Under the pieces are notes generated by a model. The model saw nothing but the letters and a program-made list of their open reading frames with translations, searched no databases and was not told the DNA's origin. Position numbers and translations under genes: made by a program. From Acidimicrobiales bacterium (lineage in GTDB: Bacteria > Actinomycetota > Acidimicrobiia > Acidimicrobiales > CAIXPF01): 64,000 nt of DNA. Shown in pieces: positions 7,712-16,482 of this stretch (position 1 is its first letter; each line of letters starts with the position of its first letter). The stretch covers positions 6,525 through 70,524 of the forward strand of contig JADLEF010000088.1 of NCBI GenBank assembly GCA_020846295.1. Reading direction: 5' to 3'.

Positions 7712-10237
7712 ATGGGGGAGAACGAACCGACGCAACCCTTGGACGGCGTTCGCGTCGTGGAGCTGACCACCGGCGTCGCCGGTGCCTACGCCGGGCGCCT
7801 GCTGGCCGTGCTCGGGGCCGACGTGATCAAGGTGGAGCCACCGGGCGGTGACATCGTTCGGCACTGGGGCCCGTTCCCGGGGGAGGATCCGGGCGAGGTC
7901 ATCGCCGAGCAGGGCGCACTGCACCTGCACCTCGACGCCGACAAGCGCTCGATCGTCGCCGACCTCGAGACCGCGGAGGACCGCGCCCTCGTCGCCCGCC
8001 TGGCGGCGCGGGCCGACATCGTGCTCGAGTCCTTCGCCCCCGGTCGCGCCGCCGCCCTCGGGCTCGACGCCGCCACCCTGCGGGCCGCCAACCCGGCGTT
8101 GGTGGTCACCAGCGTCACCGCCTTCGGTCAGGACGGGCCGTACGCCGAGGCCGGGTTCCGCGGCGCGGAGATCGTGCAGTACGCCATGGGCGGTCCGATG
8201 CACGCCACCGGCGTGGCCGAGCGTGAACCGCTCAAGCTGGCCGGCCACCTCGTCAGCTACCAGTGCGGCACGATGGCGGCGACCGCCACCATGGCGGCCC
8301 TGCTCCTCGCCGAGCAGAGCGGGCGGGGCGTGCACGTCGACATCGCCAACTTCGAGACCCAGGCGGGTTCGATCGACCGGCGGATGGTCTTCCTCCAGCA
8401 GCGGATCTACAACGGCCGGGTGGTGGGGCGCGACCCCGCCGCCGCGCAGGGCCTGCTTCCCACCGGCATCTACCCCGCCCTCGACGGCTGGGTGCAGATC
8501 GGCCCCCCGCCGCCCTACGCCTCCCGGCTCCTGGCCACGATGGGGGACCCGGAGCTGGCCGAGCTGCTCGCCGATCCCGGCTGGGTCACCAACCCCGAGG
8601 TGCCCGGCCTGGTGGAGGCTGCGCTGTACGGCTGGCTCGCCGATCGCACCACGGCGCAGGCCATGGCCGAGGCCCAGCCGCACCACTGGCCGCTGACCGC
8701 GGTCCGCACCCCGCTCGAGGTCGTGCACGACGAGCACTTCGGCGGTCGCGGGGCCTTCGTCGAGGTCGACCACCCGGTGGCGGGACGGATCCGCCAGCCC
8801 TCGGCGCCGGTCCGCTTCGAGGGAGCCCGCCCGCTGCGCCGGCCGGCCCCACTGCTCGGTCAGCACGACGCCGAGGTCCGCGCCGAGCTCGCCACCGCCG
8901 CGGCGCCGAGCTCGCCCCCGGGCGTTTCCGATGGGGAGCGGAACCTGCCGTTGGCGGGCGTCCGGGTGATCGACCTGACGATGGTGTGGGCCGGGCCGTA
9001 CACGACGATGCTGCTCGGTGACCTCGGCGCCGACGTGATCCGGGTGGAGGATCCCCGCCTCTACAACGGCACCCGGGGCGCGGTGGCCCGCCCGCCGAAG
9101 AGCCACCTCGACAACCTCGGCTGGCTGTGCGCCTACCCCGATGACGAGCCGGGCCTGTGGCCGTGGAACCGCAACGCCTTCTTCAACATCCACGCCCGCA
9201 ACAAGCGCTCGGCCACGGTGGACCTGCTGCGCCCGGAGGGGATGGAGGCCTTCCTGCGCCTCGTCGAGCAGGCCGACGTGGTGGTGGAGAACAACGCGGT
9301 CGGGGTGATGGACAAGCTCGGCCTGGGCTGGGAGCAGCTGCACCGGCGCAACCCGCGCCTGATCGTGGTGCGCATGCCGGCGTTGGGCCTCGACGGGCCG
9401 ATGGCGCCGTTTGTGGGCTTCGGTGCCAACTTCGAGGCGTTGTGCGGCCTGACGCGGCTGCGCGGCTACGCCGATGGCGACCCGTCGGTCAACCGACCCG
9501 TCTACTACATGGACGCAGCGAGCGGCGCGGCCGGCGCCTTCGCCGCGCTGGTGGCGATCCGGCGTCGGGCCCGCACCGGCGTGGGGGAGCTGGTGGAGCT
9601 CGCCCAGGGCGAGAACATGCTGAACCTCATCGGCGAGTACCTCATCGATGCCGCTCGAACCGGTCGCACCCTCGCTCCGCCCGGCAACCGCCACCTCACC
9701 GACGCGCCACAGGGCGCCTACCGGTGCGCCGGCGATGACCGGTGGGTGGTCCTGACCGTCGACGGCGACGCGGCCTGGGCCGCGCTGCGACGGGCGATGG
9801 ACGACCCGCCGTGGGCCGCCGACGAGCGCTTCGCCACCGCTGCGGGTCGCCGCCGCCACCATGACGAGCTCGACGAGCGCATCGGCGCCTGGACCGCGCC
9901 GCTCGACCGGTGGGACGTGACGCGCCGCTGCCAGTCGGCGGGGGTGGCGGCGGGACCGGTGCTCGATGACGCCGACGCCGTCGACGATGCTCACCTGCGC
10001 GCCCGCGGCTTCTTCCGGCGCAACGGGTCCGAGGAGGTGGGATGGCACGACTACCCGAGCCACCTGTGGCGCTGGGACGGACCGCCGATGCGCCATGAGG
10101 GCCTCTGCCCCTTCGGTGGCGCCAACGATGCGGTGTGGCGCGATGTCGCCGGGCTCGACGACACGGCCATGGAGGTGCTGCGCGCCGGCGGTCACCTCCT
10201 CGATCACTTCGTCGATGCGGCGGGCAACCCGCTGTAG
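7712..10237 (+). CDS. Tandem-domain family III CoA-transferase (two CaiB/BaiF modules fused)
   Basis: ATG at 7712 inside the 5978-10237 ORF. N-terminal module starts VRVVELTTGVAGAYAGRLLAVLGADVIKVEPPGGD. Second module starts VRVIDLTMVWAGPYTTMLLGDLGADVIRVEDP about 400 aa later. The upstream 1.7 kb of the ORF is an antisense shadow. Confidence 0.85.
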   Translation: MGENEPTQPLDGVRVVELTTGVAGAYAGRLLAVLGADVIKVEPPGGDIVRHWGPFPGEDPGEVIAEQGALHLHLDADKRSIVADLETAEDRALVARLAARADIVLESFAPGRAAALGLDAATLRAANPALVVTSVTAFGQDGPYAEAGFRGAEIVQYAMGGPMHATGVAEREPLKLAGHLVSYQCGTMAATATMAALLLAEQSGRGVHVDIANFETQAGSIDRRMVFLQQRIYNGRVVGRDPAAAQGLLPTGIYPALDGWVQIGPPPPYASRLLATMGDPELAELLADPGWVTNPEVPGLVEAALYGWLADRTTAQAMAEAQPHHWPLTAVRTPLEVVHDEHFGGRGAFVEVDHPVAGRIRQPSAPVRFEGARPLRRPAPLLGQHDAEVRAELATAAAPSSPPGVSDGERNLPLAGVRVIDLTMVWAGPYTTMLLGDLGADVIRVEDPRLYNGTRGAVARPPKSHLDNLGWLCAYPDDEPGLWPWNRNAFFNIHARNKRSATVDLLRPEGMEAFLRLVEQADVVVENNAVGVMDKLGLGWEQLHRRNPRLIVVRMPALGLDGPMAPFVGFGANFEALCGLTRLRGYADGDPSVNRPVYYMDAASGAAGAFAALVAIRRRARTGVGELVELAQGENMLNLIGEYLIDAARTGRTLAPPGNRHLTDAPQGAYRCAGDDRWVVLTVDGDAAWAALRRAMDDPPWAADERFATAAGRRRHHDELDERIGAWTAPLDRWDVTRRCQSAGVAAGPVLDDADAVDDAHLRARGFFRRNGSEEVGWHDYPSHLWRWDGPPMRHEGLCPFGGANDAVWRDVAGLDDTAMEVLRAGGHLLDHFVDAAGNPL

Positions 10238-10290
10238 CGCAGAGCGCGCCGCGGCGGATCGGCCGACCGCCGCGGCGCAGGGCCGGTACC

Positions 10291-11187
10291 ATGCGTGACG
10301 TGCAACTGGAGATCACCGCCCTCGAAGATCAGCCCTTCGGCGCCCTGGTGCGCGGCTGGGATCCGTCCGCCGCGCTCGACGAGGCCGCCCGTGACGACAT
10401 CACCAAGGCGCTGGCCGACCACGTCGTGCTGGTGTTCCGCGGACACCGCCAGCCGGCCGACGAGGAGCTGGTCGCCTTCGCCGAGAGCTTCGGTCCGCTG
10501 ATCAAGGGATCGGAGTGGCTGCGCGACGCCGGCTCCAAGCCCGAGATCCTGCCCGTCACCAACGCCCGGGACGACATGGGCATACCGAAAGGTACGGGTG
10601 GAGCGGGCGAGCTGGAGTGGCACGCCGACTACTCCTACGTGCCGCAGCCGGCCAAGCAGAGCTTCCTCAACGCGGTGGAGCTGCCCGAGGCGGGGCCCCG
10701 CACCTGCTTCGCCAGCCAGTACCGGACGCTGGAGACGCTGCCCGACGAGCTGGTCGAACGCCTGCGCACGCTGCGGGCCCGCCACAGCGTGGCCGAGTAC
10801 GTCGAGGGCGGCAAGGACCCGAACCGCCAGCAGCTCTACAAGGGCTTCGAGGCCAAGCGGAAGCGGGACGAGGAGGCCGGCGTGCAGCGCCCGCCGATCC
10901 CCGAGGCGGAGCACCCCGTCGTCCTGCGCCATCCCGACACCGGCCGGGAGCTGGTCTACGTGAGCAAGGGGCTCACCAGGGAGATCATCGGGCTCGAGCG
11001 CAGCGAGAGCAACGCGCTGCTCAAGCAGCTGCACCAGCACGCCACGCGCCCCGACGCGGTGTACGCGCACGAGTGGGAGGTCGGCGACCTCGTCGTGTTC
11101 GATGCCCTCGCCGGCTTGCACCGCCGCGACAGCTGGGATCCCCACCAGCAGCGGGTGATGCGTCAGCTGTCGACCATGGTGGGTTGA
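10291..11187 (+). CDS. TauD/TfdA-family Fe(II)/2-oxoglutarate dioxygenase
   Basis: The ATG at 10291 gives MRDVQLEITALEDQPFGALV.... HxD iron motif in ELEWHADYSY and the typical C-terminal VVFDALAGLHRR. Confidence 0.85.
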   Translation: MRDVQLEITALEDQPFGALVRGWDPSAALDEAARDDITKALADHVVLVFRGHRQPADEELVAFAESFGPLIKGSEWLRDAGSKPEILPVTNARDDMGIPKGTGGAGELEWHADYSYVPQPAKQSFLNAVELPEAGPRTCFASQYRTLETLPDELVERLRTLRARHSVAEYVEGGKDPNRQQLYKGFEAKRKRDEEAGVQRPPIPEAEHPVVLRHPDTGRELVYVSKGLTREIIGLERSESNALLKQLHQHATRPDAVYAHEWEVGDLVVFDALAGLHRRDSWDPHQQRVMRQLSTMVG

Positions 11188-12281
11188 GCTCGAGCCCCGG
11201 CGGCGGGTTCGACCCCCGTTCGTCCGGCGCGGCGGCGCCTGGCGAACACGAGCTCCTTCTGCAGCCGGTAGCTGGCGACGAACAGGCCGATCTCGGTGAG
11301 GAGCTTCGCCGGGGCCAGTGGCAGTCCGAGCCGGTCGTGCAACGCGGCCAGCACGAGGTAGTTCGCCGCCAGGATCGTCGACGCGAGCCCGGCGTACCGG
11401 GCCCAGGATCTGGCCAGACCCACGTCGCCCCGCCCGAACACGTAGCGCCGGTTGGCGAGGAAGTTCACCGTCGCGCTGCACAGCCGCGCCGTCGCCACGG
11501 CCACGAGCAGCGAGCCGCTCAGACCGTCGAGCGCCAGGACCAGCGCGAAGTCCAGACCGAAGGCGGCGAGGGACGACACGCTGAAGCGGAGCAGCGGTGC
11601 GTACACCCGGGCCGAATCGGCGAACGTGCGGAAGTGGGTGGACGAGTTGCCGTCCAGATAGATCGTACTGATCGGTATCTCGCGCAGGCGGTAGCCGGCC
11701 TCCTCCGCCTGGAGCAGCACCGACAGCTCGTACTCGAAGCGTTCGCCGGGGACCCGGCCCAGCCAGGCCAGCATGTCCGCCGGGTAGGCGCGCAACCCGG
11801 TCTGGGTGTCCTGCAGCGGCACGCCGGTCGATCGAGCGAACAGCACACGGGTGACGGTGTTGCCGAAGCGGCTTCGGGCCGGCACGTCGCCGGCGAAGCG
11901 GCGGGCGCCGAGGACGATCGTGCCCGGCTGGCAGCGCAGCGCGGCGCCCACTCGGACGATATCGGCCACGGCATGTTGACCGTCGCAGTCGGCGCACACC
12001 ACGTCGAAACCGGGATGGGCGCGCTGGATGTGGGAGAAGCCGGCCTTGAGCGCGTAGCCCTTCCCGCGGTTCGGGTGGTGGCCGATGATGTCGCAGCCCA
12101 ACGCGGACGCTTCCTCGAAGATCGGCGCGTACACCTCGCCGCTGCCGTCGTCCACGATGACGATGGGGCCACCGTGCCCGGCGGAGCGGATGTCGTGGAT
12201 CAGCGCGATGAGGGCGCCTCCCGGCTCGTAGGCGGGGATGAGGATCGCGAAGCGGGCCGGCGTGGTCAGGTCGTTCTCCAT
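11163..12281 (-). CDS. Glycosyltransferase family 2 fused to GtrA-like membrane domain
   Basis: The ATG at 12281 gives MENDLTTPARFAILIPAYEP.... DxD-like CADCDGQH is present. The C-terminal part is four hydrophobic helices ending RLQKELVF (GtrA-like). The 3' end overlaps the TauD 3' end by 25 nt (convergent genes). Confidence 0.85.
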   Translation of the reverse strand: MENDLTTPARFAILIPAYEPGGALIALIHDIRSAGHGGPIVIVDDGSGEVYAPIFEEASALGCDIIGHHPNRGKGYALKAGFSHIQRAHPGFDVVCADCDGQHAVADIVRVGAALRCQPGTIVLGARRFAGDVPARSRFGNTVTRVLFARSTGVPLQDTQTGLRAYPADMLAWLGRVPGERFEYELSVLLQAEEAGYRLREIPISTIYLDGNSSTHFRTFADSARVYAPLLRFSVSSLAAFGLDFALVLALDGLSGSLLVAVATARLCSATVNFLANRRYVFGRGDVGLARSWARYAGLASTILAANYLVLAALHDRLGLPLAPAKLLTEIGLFVASYRLQKELVFARRRRAGRTGVEPAAGARAQPTMVDS

Positions 12282-12282
12282 G

Positions 12283-13380
12283 TCACGCTCGCCCGATGTA
12301 GAGGATGTCGCTGGTACCGCGCTCGTCGCCCCTGCCGAGCGGGTTGTTGACCACCTCGCCGTTGAACCACATGGTGGTGGAGCCGCCGCCGTCGAGGTTG
12401 TAGGCGACGGTGCAGCCGCGATCCCGCAGGATCCCGGCCAGCTCGGTGAGGGTGACGCCGCGGCTGTAGCCGGTGCTGCGCCCGTCGACGGCGATGAAGA
12501 CGAAGTGGTTGGCGTCGACCATGCCGATGGCGGTGCGGGGCTGGTCGCCCTGCATGGAGTGGTTGCCGAAGTTGGTGTCGACCTGGACGGTCTCCACACC
12601 CTCGACCAGTTCGCCGTCGGCGAGCAGGCCGGGTCCGACCGACAGCGTGTTCCACACGCCGCCGGCCACCAGTTGCTCGGCGGTGGTGGTGGTCTCGTCG
12701 TAGAGGGCCATCGTGCCGTCGCGGTAGAGCGCGAGGCCGGTGCGGGCGCCCTCGTCGCGAGAGATCACGCCGTTGCGGATCACGATGCCGGTCTCCCGGA
12801 AGCCGTAGTAGTCGCCGTTGATGGCGAACACCGCACCCTGCTCCGCAGCGATGGTGGAGGTGTCGGCCACGATGTTGGTGCCGAACTTGTTCTCGGCGAA
12901 CGCGGAGCGGACCTCGGTGGCGTCGCCCACGACGACATCGGCGACGTAGTAGGTCACGGTGTCAGCGCCGCTGCCGGTCACCACCTTCTCGATGGTGATC
13001 GTCGTGGCGCCGTTGGTATAGCTCGTGTCCGTGATGGTCGGCGTGGCGGCCGCCGCGGTGGTCATGGCGGTGGAGGCGCTTGGCGCGGTGGGAGCGGTGG
13101 ACGCGGTCGTGGCGCCGGTGGTGGTGCTCGACGCCCACTGGGCGTTGAACTGCGCTTCGTAGGCGGCGACATCGCCGATCTCGACGTGGTCGATGACATA
13201 GCGGTTCAGCGCCCAGCCGCCGATACCGCCGGCGGCGACGACGACCAGGACTGCGCCGCCGACGAGGACGCGACGGCGGCGGGGGCGGGACCGGCGCGGG
13301 GCGGCCGGCGGGACGGGGTGCAGGGTTGTTGATGCCACGGGTGCCGTTCTACGGAGGTGGGTTGTGGGCCCGGTGGGCAC
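12283..13380 (-). CDS. Phosphodiester glycosidase family protein (NAGPA/DUF2233-like), membrane-anchored
   Basis: 365-aa ORF with an N-terminal Arg-rich segment plus TM helix (VLVGGAVLVVVAAGGIGGWAL), a Thr/Ala-rich linker, and a catalytic-domain pattern (FAINGDYYGF, PRTAIGMVD, AYNLDGGGSTTMWF). Its stop is 2 nt from the next gene's ATG. Confidence 0.8.
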   Translation of the reverse strand: MPTGPTTHLRRTAPVASTTLHPVPPAAPRRSRPRRRRVLVGGAVLVVVAAGGIGGWALNRYVIDHVEIGDVAAYEAQFNAQWASSTTTGATTASTAPTAPSASTAMTTAAAATPTITDTSYTNGATTITIEKVVTGSGADTVTYYVADVVVGDATEVRSAFAENKFGTNIVADTSTIAAEQGAVFAINGDYYGFRETGIVIRNGVISRDEGARTGLALYRDGTMALYDETTTTAEQLVAGGVWNTLSVGPGLLADGELVEGVETVQVDTNFGNHSMQGDQPRTAIGMVDANHFVFIAVDGRSTGYSRGVTLTELAGILRDRGCTVAYNLDGGGSTTMWFNGEVVNNPLGRGDERGTSDILYIGRA

Positions 13381-13445
13381 ACGCTTGGAAGCGCCTTGGA
13401 ATCGGACGCCGGGCCCGGGGCAGGGCGCGTGGCCGGCCGCGCGCC

Positions 13446-13476
13446 GAGGCCCGCGAGCACTGCGCTCGCGGGCCTC
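13446..13476 (-). terminator. Strong GC-rich hairpin downstream of the lipoprotein gene
   Basis: Perfect 13-bp inverted repeat GAGGCCCGCGAGC / GCTCGCGGGCCTC with a 5-nt loop, about 30 nt after the stop at 13508. There is no U-tract. Confidence 0.5.
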
Positions 13477-13507
13477 GACGGGCGGGGGAGAACGGGACGC
13501 GGGATGC

Positions 13508-15259
13508 TCAGCGGGCGCCGGGCCCCCCGCCGGGGCCCATGGTGCGACTCACCGCCTCGGCGGTGGTGGTGGTGAGGGCCACGGAACCGCCGCTGTGGTC
13601 CGCCGCCGCGTACAGCCCGAAGTCCGCCGAGCCGGCCGCGGTGCCGCCCAGCACCACCTGGTAGGTCAGGCCGTCGGCGACGGCGGGGGTGGACACCGCC
13701 AGGGACTGGTAGGCCTTGGACGGGGCGAACGTGACGATCGGCGTGCCGTCGGCGGCCACCACGTGGACCAGCGTCCCGGCCTGTTGGGTGCCGAAGGTGC
13801 CGAGCAGCGACCGCTGCGCGGAGCTGCTGCCGGGAGCCATGGCCATGCCCGAGCTGCCGGTCGCCACCACGACGCCACCGCTGATGTCGAAGGTGCCGTC
13901 GTAGTCGAGCGCGCCGTTCATGTTGGCCGTCGGTCCGTCGACGAGCAGCGTCCCCCCGGTCATGGTGATCGATCCGTTGACGTCGACCCCGTCCCCGCCG
14001 GCGTCGATGCGGGTGGTGCCGCCGCTGATGCGCAGCGTCGGGTCGGCGCCGCTGGCGTTGATGCCGTCGTCGCTCGAACGCACCGTCACCGATCCGCCGG
14101 CGATGTCGAGCGTGTTGGCCTCGAGACCCTCGAAGGACGCCGTGATGTCCACCGTGGCGTCCTCGATGGCGAGGCGGGCGTCGGCGTGCAGCGCGTCGTC
14201 GCCGGCGTCAACGGTGAGCGTCCCGCTGTCCGCGAGCACCGTGTCGTTGCTGTGGACGCCATCGTCGGCGGCCGTCAGCGTGATGGTGGCACCGGCGAGC
14301 ACGACGTCGGTGATGGCGTCGATGCCGTCCGCTCCCGCGGTGAGGTCGATGGTGCCGCCGTTGACGAGGACGTACCCCCGGGTCGGGTCCTCCTCGTCGT
14401 CGGACTTGAGGGCGTCGCCTCCCGCGTCGACCCGCACGGTGGCGCCGATCAGGACGAGCGCGTCCTTGCCCCGCACACCGTCGTCGACTGCCTCCACGAC
14501 GACGGAGGCGCCGGAGACGATGACGTCGTCCTTGCCGCCGATGCCGTCCCGGTAGGTCCCGTGGACCTCGAGGGTTCCCGTCCCGGCGATGGCGAGGTCG
14601 GCCATGCTGAACAGCGCGGCGCTGCGTTCGTCGCTGCCGTCGGTGACCGGGGTGCGGCCGGGCGCATCGGTGAGCACGCTGGTGGTGCCGGCCTCGGCCA
14701 CCACGACCACCCGTTCTGCGGCCTGCACATCGATGGCCGCGCCGGTGGCGCTGGCGATGGTGGCACCGTCGAGGACGAGGCGCACCACGCCCTCGCCATC
14801 GGCGGCCACCACGAGTTGGCCGGTGAGCGAGCCGTCGATGCGGTACGTGCCCGCCTGGGTGATGGTCACGGTGCTGCCGTTCACCTGCACGCCTGCTCCG
14901 TCGGCGGTGGCGGTGCCGCCCTGCAGCGTGACCGCCACCTCGTCCTCGGGGGCCCAGACGAGATCGGCGCCGACGTCGTGGTAGGTGGCGTGCTCGGCGA
15001 GCACCGCCGCGGCGGCGTCGGACAGCGCGACGGTGCGGGAGCCGGTGGATGCGGTCGTGGCGGTGGACGCGGTCACCGAGGTGGAGCGGGCGGCGGTCGT
15101 CGCGGTCGCGGCGGCCTCGGCGGACGAGGTCTGCTGGGTGGAGGCGGCGAGCTCGACGGTGGTGTCCGCGGAATCCGACGGGGAGCAGGCGGCCAGGGCG
15201 AGCGCGGCGACGCCGGGCACGACGAGGACGGAGCGAAGCAGACGGGGGGTTCGGAACAT
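13508..15259 (-). CDS. Carbohydrate-binding beta-helix lipoprotein (Cthe_2159-like family)
   Basis: The ATG at 15259 gives MFRTPRLLRSVLVVPGVAALALAACSP (signal peptide plus lipobox). This is followed by a Thr/Ala-rich linker and many short repeats of the type DDGINA / GDGVDVNG / DDALHA / ADGIDA, typical of this right-handed beta-helix family. Confidence 0.75.
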   Translation of the reverse strand: MFRTPRLLRSVLVVPGVAALALAACSPSDSADTTVELAASTQQTSSAEAAATATTAARSTSVTASTATTASTGSRTVALSDAAAAVLAEHATYHDVGADLVWAPEDEVAVTLQGGTATADGAGVQVNGSTVTITQAGTYRIDGSLTGQLVVAADGEGVVRLVLDGATIASATGAAIDVQAAERVVVVAEAGTTSVLTDAPGRTPVTDGSDERSAALFSMADLAIAGTGTLEVHGTYRDGIGGKDDVIVSGASVVVEAVDDGVRGKDALVLIGATVRVDAGGDALKSDDEEDPTRGYVLVNGGTIDLTAGADGIDAITDVVLAGATITLTAADDGVHSNDTVLADSGTLTVDAGDDALHADARLAIEDATVDITASFEGLEANTLDIAGGSVTVRSSDDGINASGADPTLRISGGTTRIDAGGDGVDVNGSITMTGGTLLVDGPTANMNGALDYDGTFDISGGVVVATGSSGMAMAPGSSSAQRSLLGTFGTQQAGTLVHVVAADGTPIVTFAPSKAYQSLAVSTPAVADGLTYQVVLGGTAAGSADFGLYAAADHSGGSVALTTTTAEAVSRTMGPGGGPGAR

Positions 15260-15356
15260 GGGTCCAGCGTCGGCGGCGCGGCTGTGCCCGGTCTCGGCTG
15301 CAGCTGGGAAGTCCCTGGGAGGTGGCACGCCGCGGGGGTGGCCGGGCGCGCTCGCC

Positions 15357-16013
15357 GGCCAGGCCGTTGACCGGCCGACCACGGCGCCACGCCTCGTCGG
15401 GCAACCGCTCGAATCCAGCGCGCACCAGTTTGGCGATGCGTAGGCTCGGTCGTGGGGGTGCGAGCGAGCGGACCACGACGCCTTCGGCCGGCATGTCCGA
15501 CCACGCCGAGGTCTGCGCCAGGGTTTCGAGCTTCGCCAGCGTCAGCGTTCCGGTGCCGTACTGCGGCGGCATGACCAGCCCTGATTCGGTCAGTCGCGTT
15601 GCTCGCTCGCGGCTGTCGAGGAACGTGCCATCGGCGAGACGAAGGTCGAGCGCGACGAACCAAGACGGAAGTTCGCGGTAGGGAATGGTGTGGCAGAGGT
15701 ACAACCACTCGCCGTAGAGCACCTGACCTCCGTGGAGCAGCGGTTCCAATCGATGCGCGTTGGCAGCCACCCAGGCCCGCAGTGCGCCGAACTGGCCCGC
15801 CCGGTCCGTGCTACCCGGCCCCGCCCTGCCGGACGAGCGCAGGATCCCATCCTCCAGCCACACCATGACGTTGGCGCCGTCGAGCTTCTCCTCGACCGTG
15901 ACAGCGGCACTCAGCAGTTCGTCCACGTCTTGCTGCGTGAGTACGAGGTCGTCGGCGGTCCCACGCCCTGGAACCAGGTGTGGGATCCGTGGATACCGCT
16001 CGGGTGCGATCAC
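15357..16013 (-). CDS. RNA ligase family protein (homology-supported part; the formal ORF continues to 14208)
   Basis: GTG start overlapping the upstream stop (GTGA at 16010-16013). Begins YPRIPHL and carries nucleotidyltransferase motif I KxDG in VEEKLDGANV. Ligase-like sequence ends near ...RRGRPVNGLA, but there is no in-frame stop until 14208. Confidence 0.65.
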
Positions 16014-16480
16014 GCGTACGCAGCCATGGTGGCCTCGAGTGTCCAGATCCGCACGCTGCGAAAGCTCGTGCGAGCCTCGAACGCGTCGCGCTCGCAGAGG
16101 ATCGCGAGGTCGCCCGTGCCCATCGTGCCGTTACCCAGATGATCGAGAAGACGCACACCCGTGCGGCCGCCAGCCCGCAGCGCGTCGAGGAACCCGGCGT
16201 CCCATGTGACCGCGTGCAGCTGCCATGGCACGTCCTCGTTGGCGGCCGCCTCGAGGAACTCCTCCAGACGACGGGCTGCGCCGCGACGGTCACCCGCCCC
16301 GTTCGCGATGTGGTTGCCGGTCTCGATGATCGTCGTGACCGGGATCACGAAGCGAGTGCGGCCCTCCCTCACCAGCTGGTTGAACTCGTCGCGTACTGCT
16401 GATCGCTGTTGGTTCCGTCCGGGCACATCGATGAGGTTGCACAGCACGGACGTGTCGATGAAGCGGACGTCGAGGTCCAT
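16010..16480 (-). CDS. PIN-like putative nuclease
   Basis: The ATG at 16480 lies 2 nt after the ATPase stop. 156 aa with PIN-type spaced acidic positions (RFIDTSVL, FVIPVTTIIETGNH, GTGDLAIL, WTLE). Confidence 0.55.
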   Translation of the reverse strand: MDLDVRFIDTSVLCNLIDVPGRNQQRSAVRDEFNQLVREGRTRFVIPVTTIIETGNHIANGAGDRRGAARRLEEFLEAAANEDVPWQLHAVTWDAGFLDALRAGGRTGVRLLDHLGNGTMGTGDLAILCERDAFEARTSFRSVRIWTLEATMAAYA

Positions 16481-16482
16481 GG

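Noticed and set aside
7517-10207. 896-aa minus-strand ORF
   Set aside because: It is a high-GC antisense shadow of the tandem CoA-transferase gene. Its composition is low-complexity Arg/Gly/Pro/His and it has no recognisable motifs.
11163-11187. The 25-nt 3'-end overlap of the convergent TauD and GT2-GtrA genes as a special antisense regulatory feature
   Set aside because: Short convergent overlaps are common in compact high-GC genomes, and nothing else supports a function.
13364-15370. 668-aa plus-strand ORF opposite the beta-helix lipoprotein gene
   Set aside because: It is a shadow ORF. The minus-strand frame has a signal peptide, a lipobox and family-typical repeats, and the plus frame has none.
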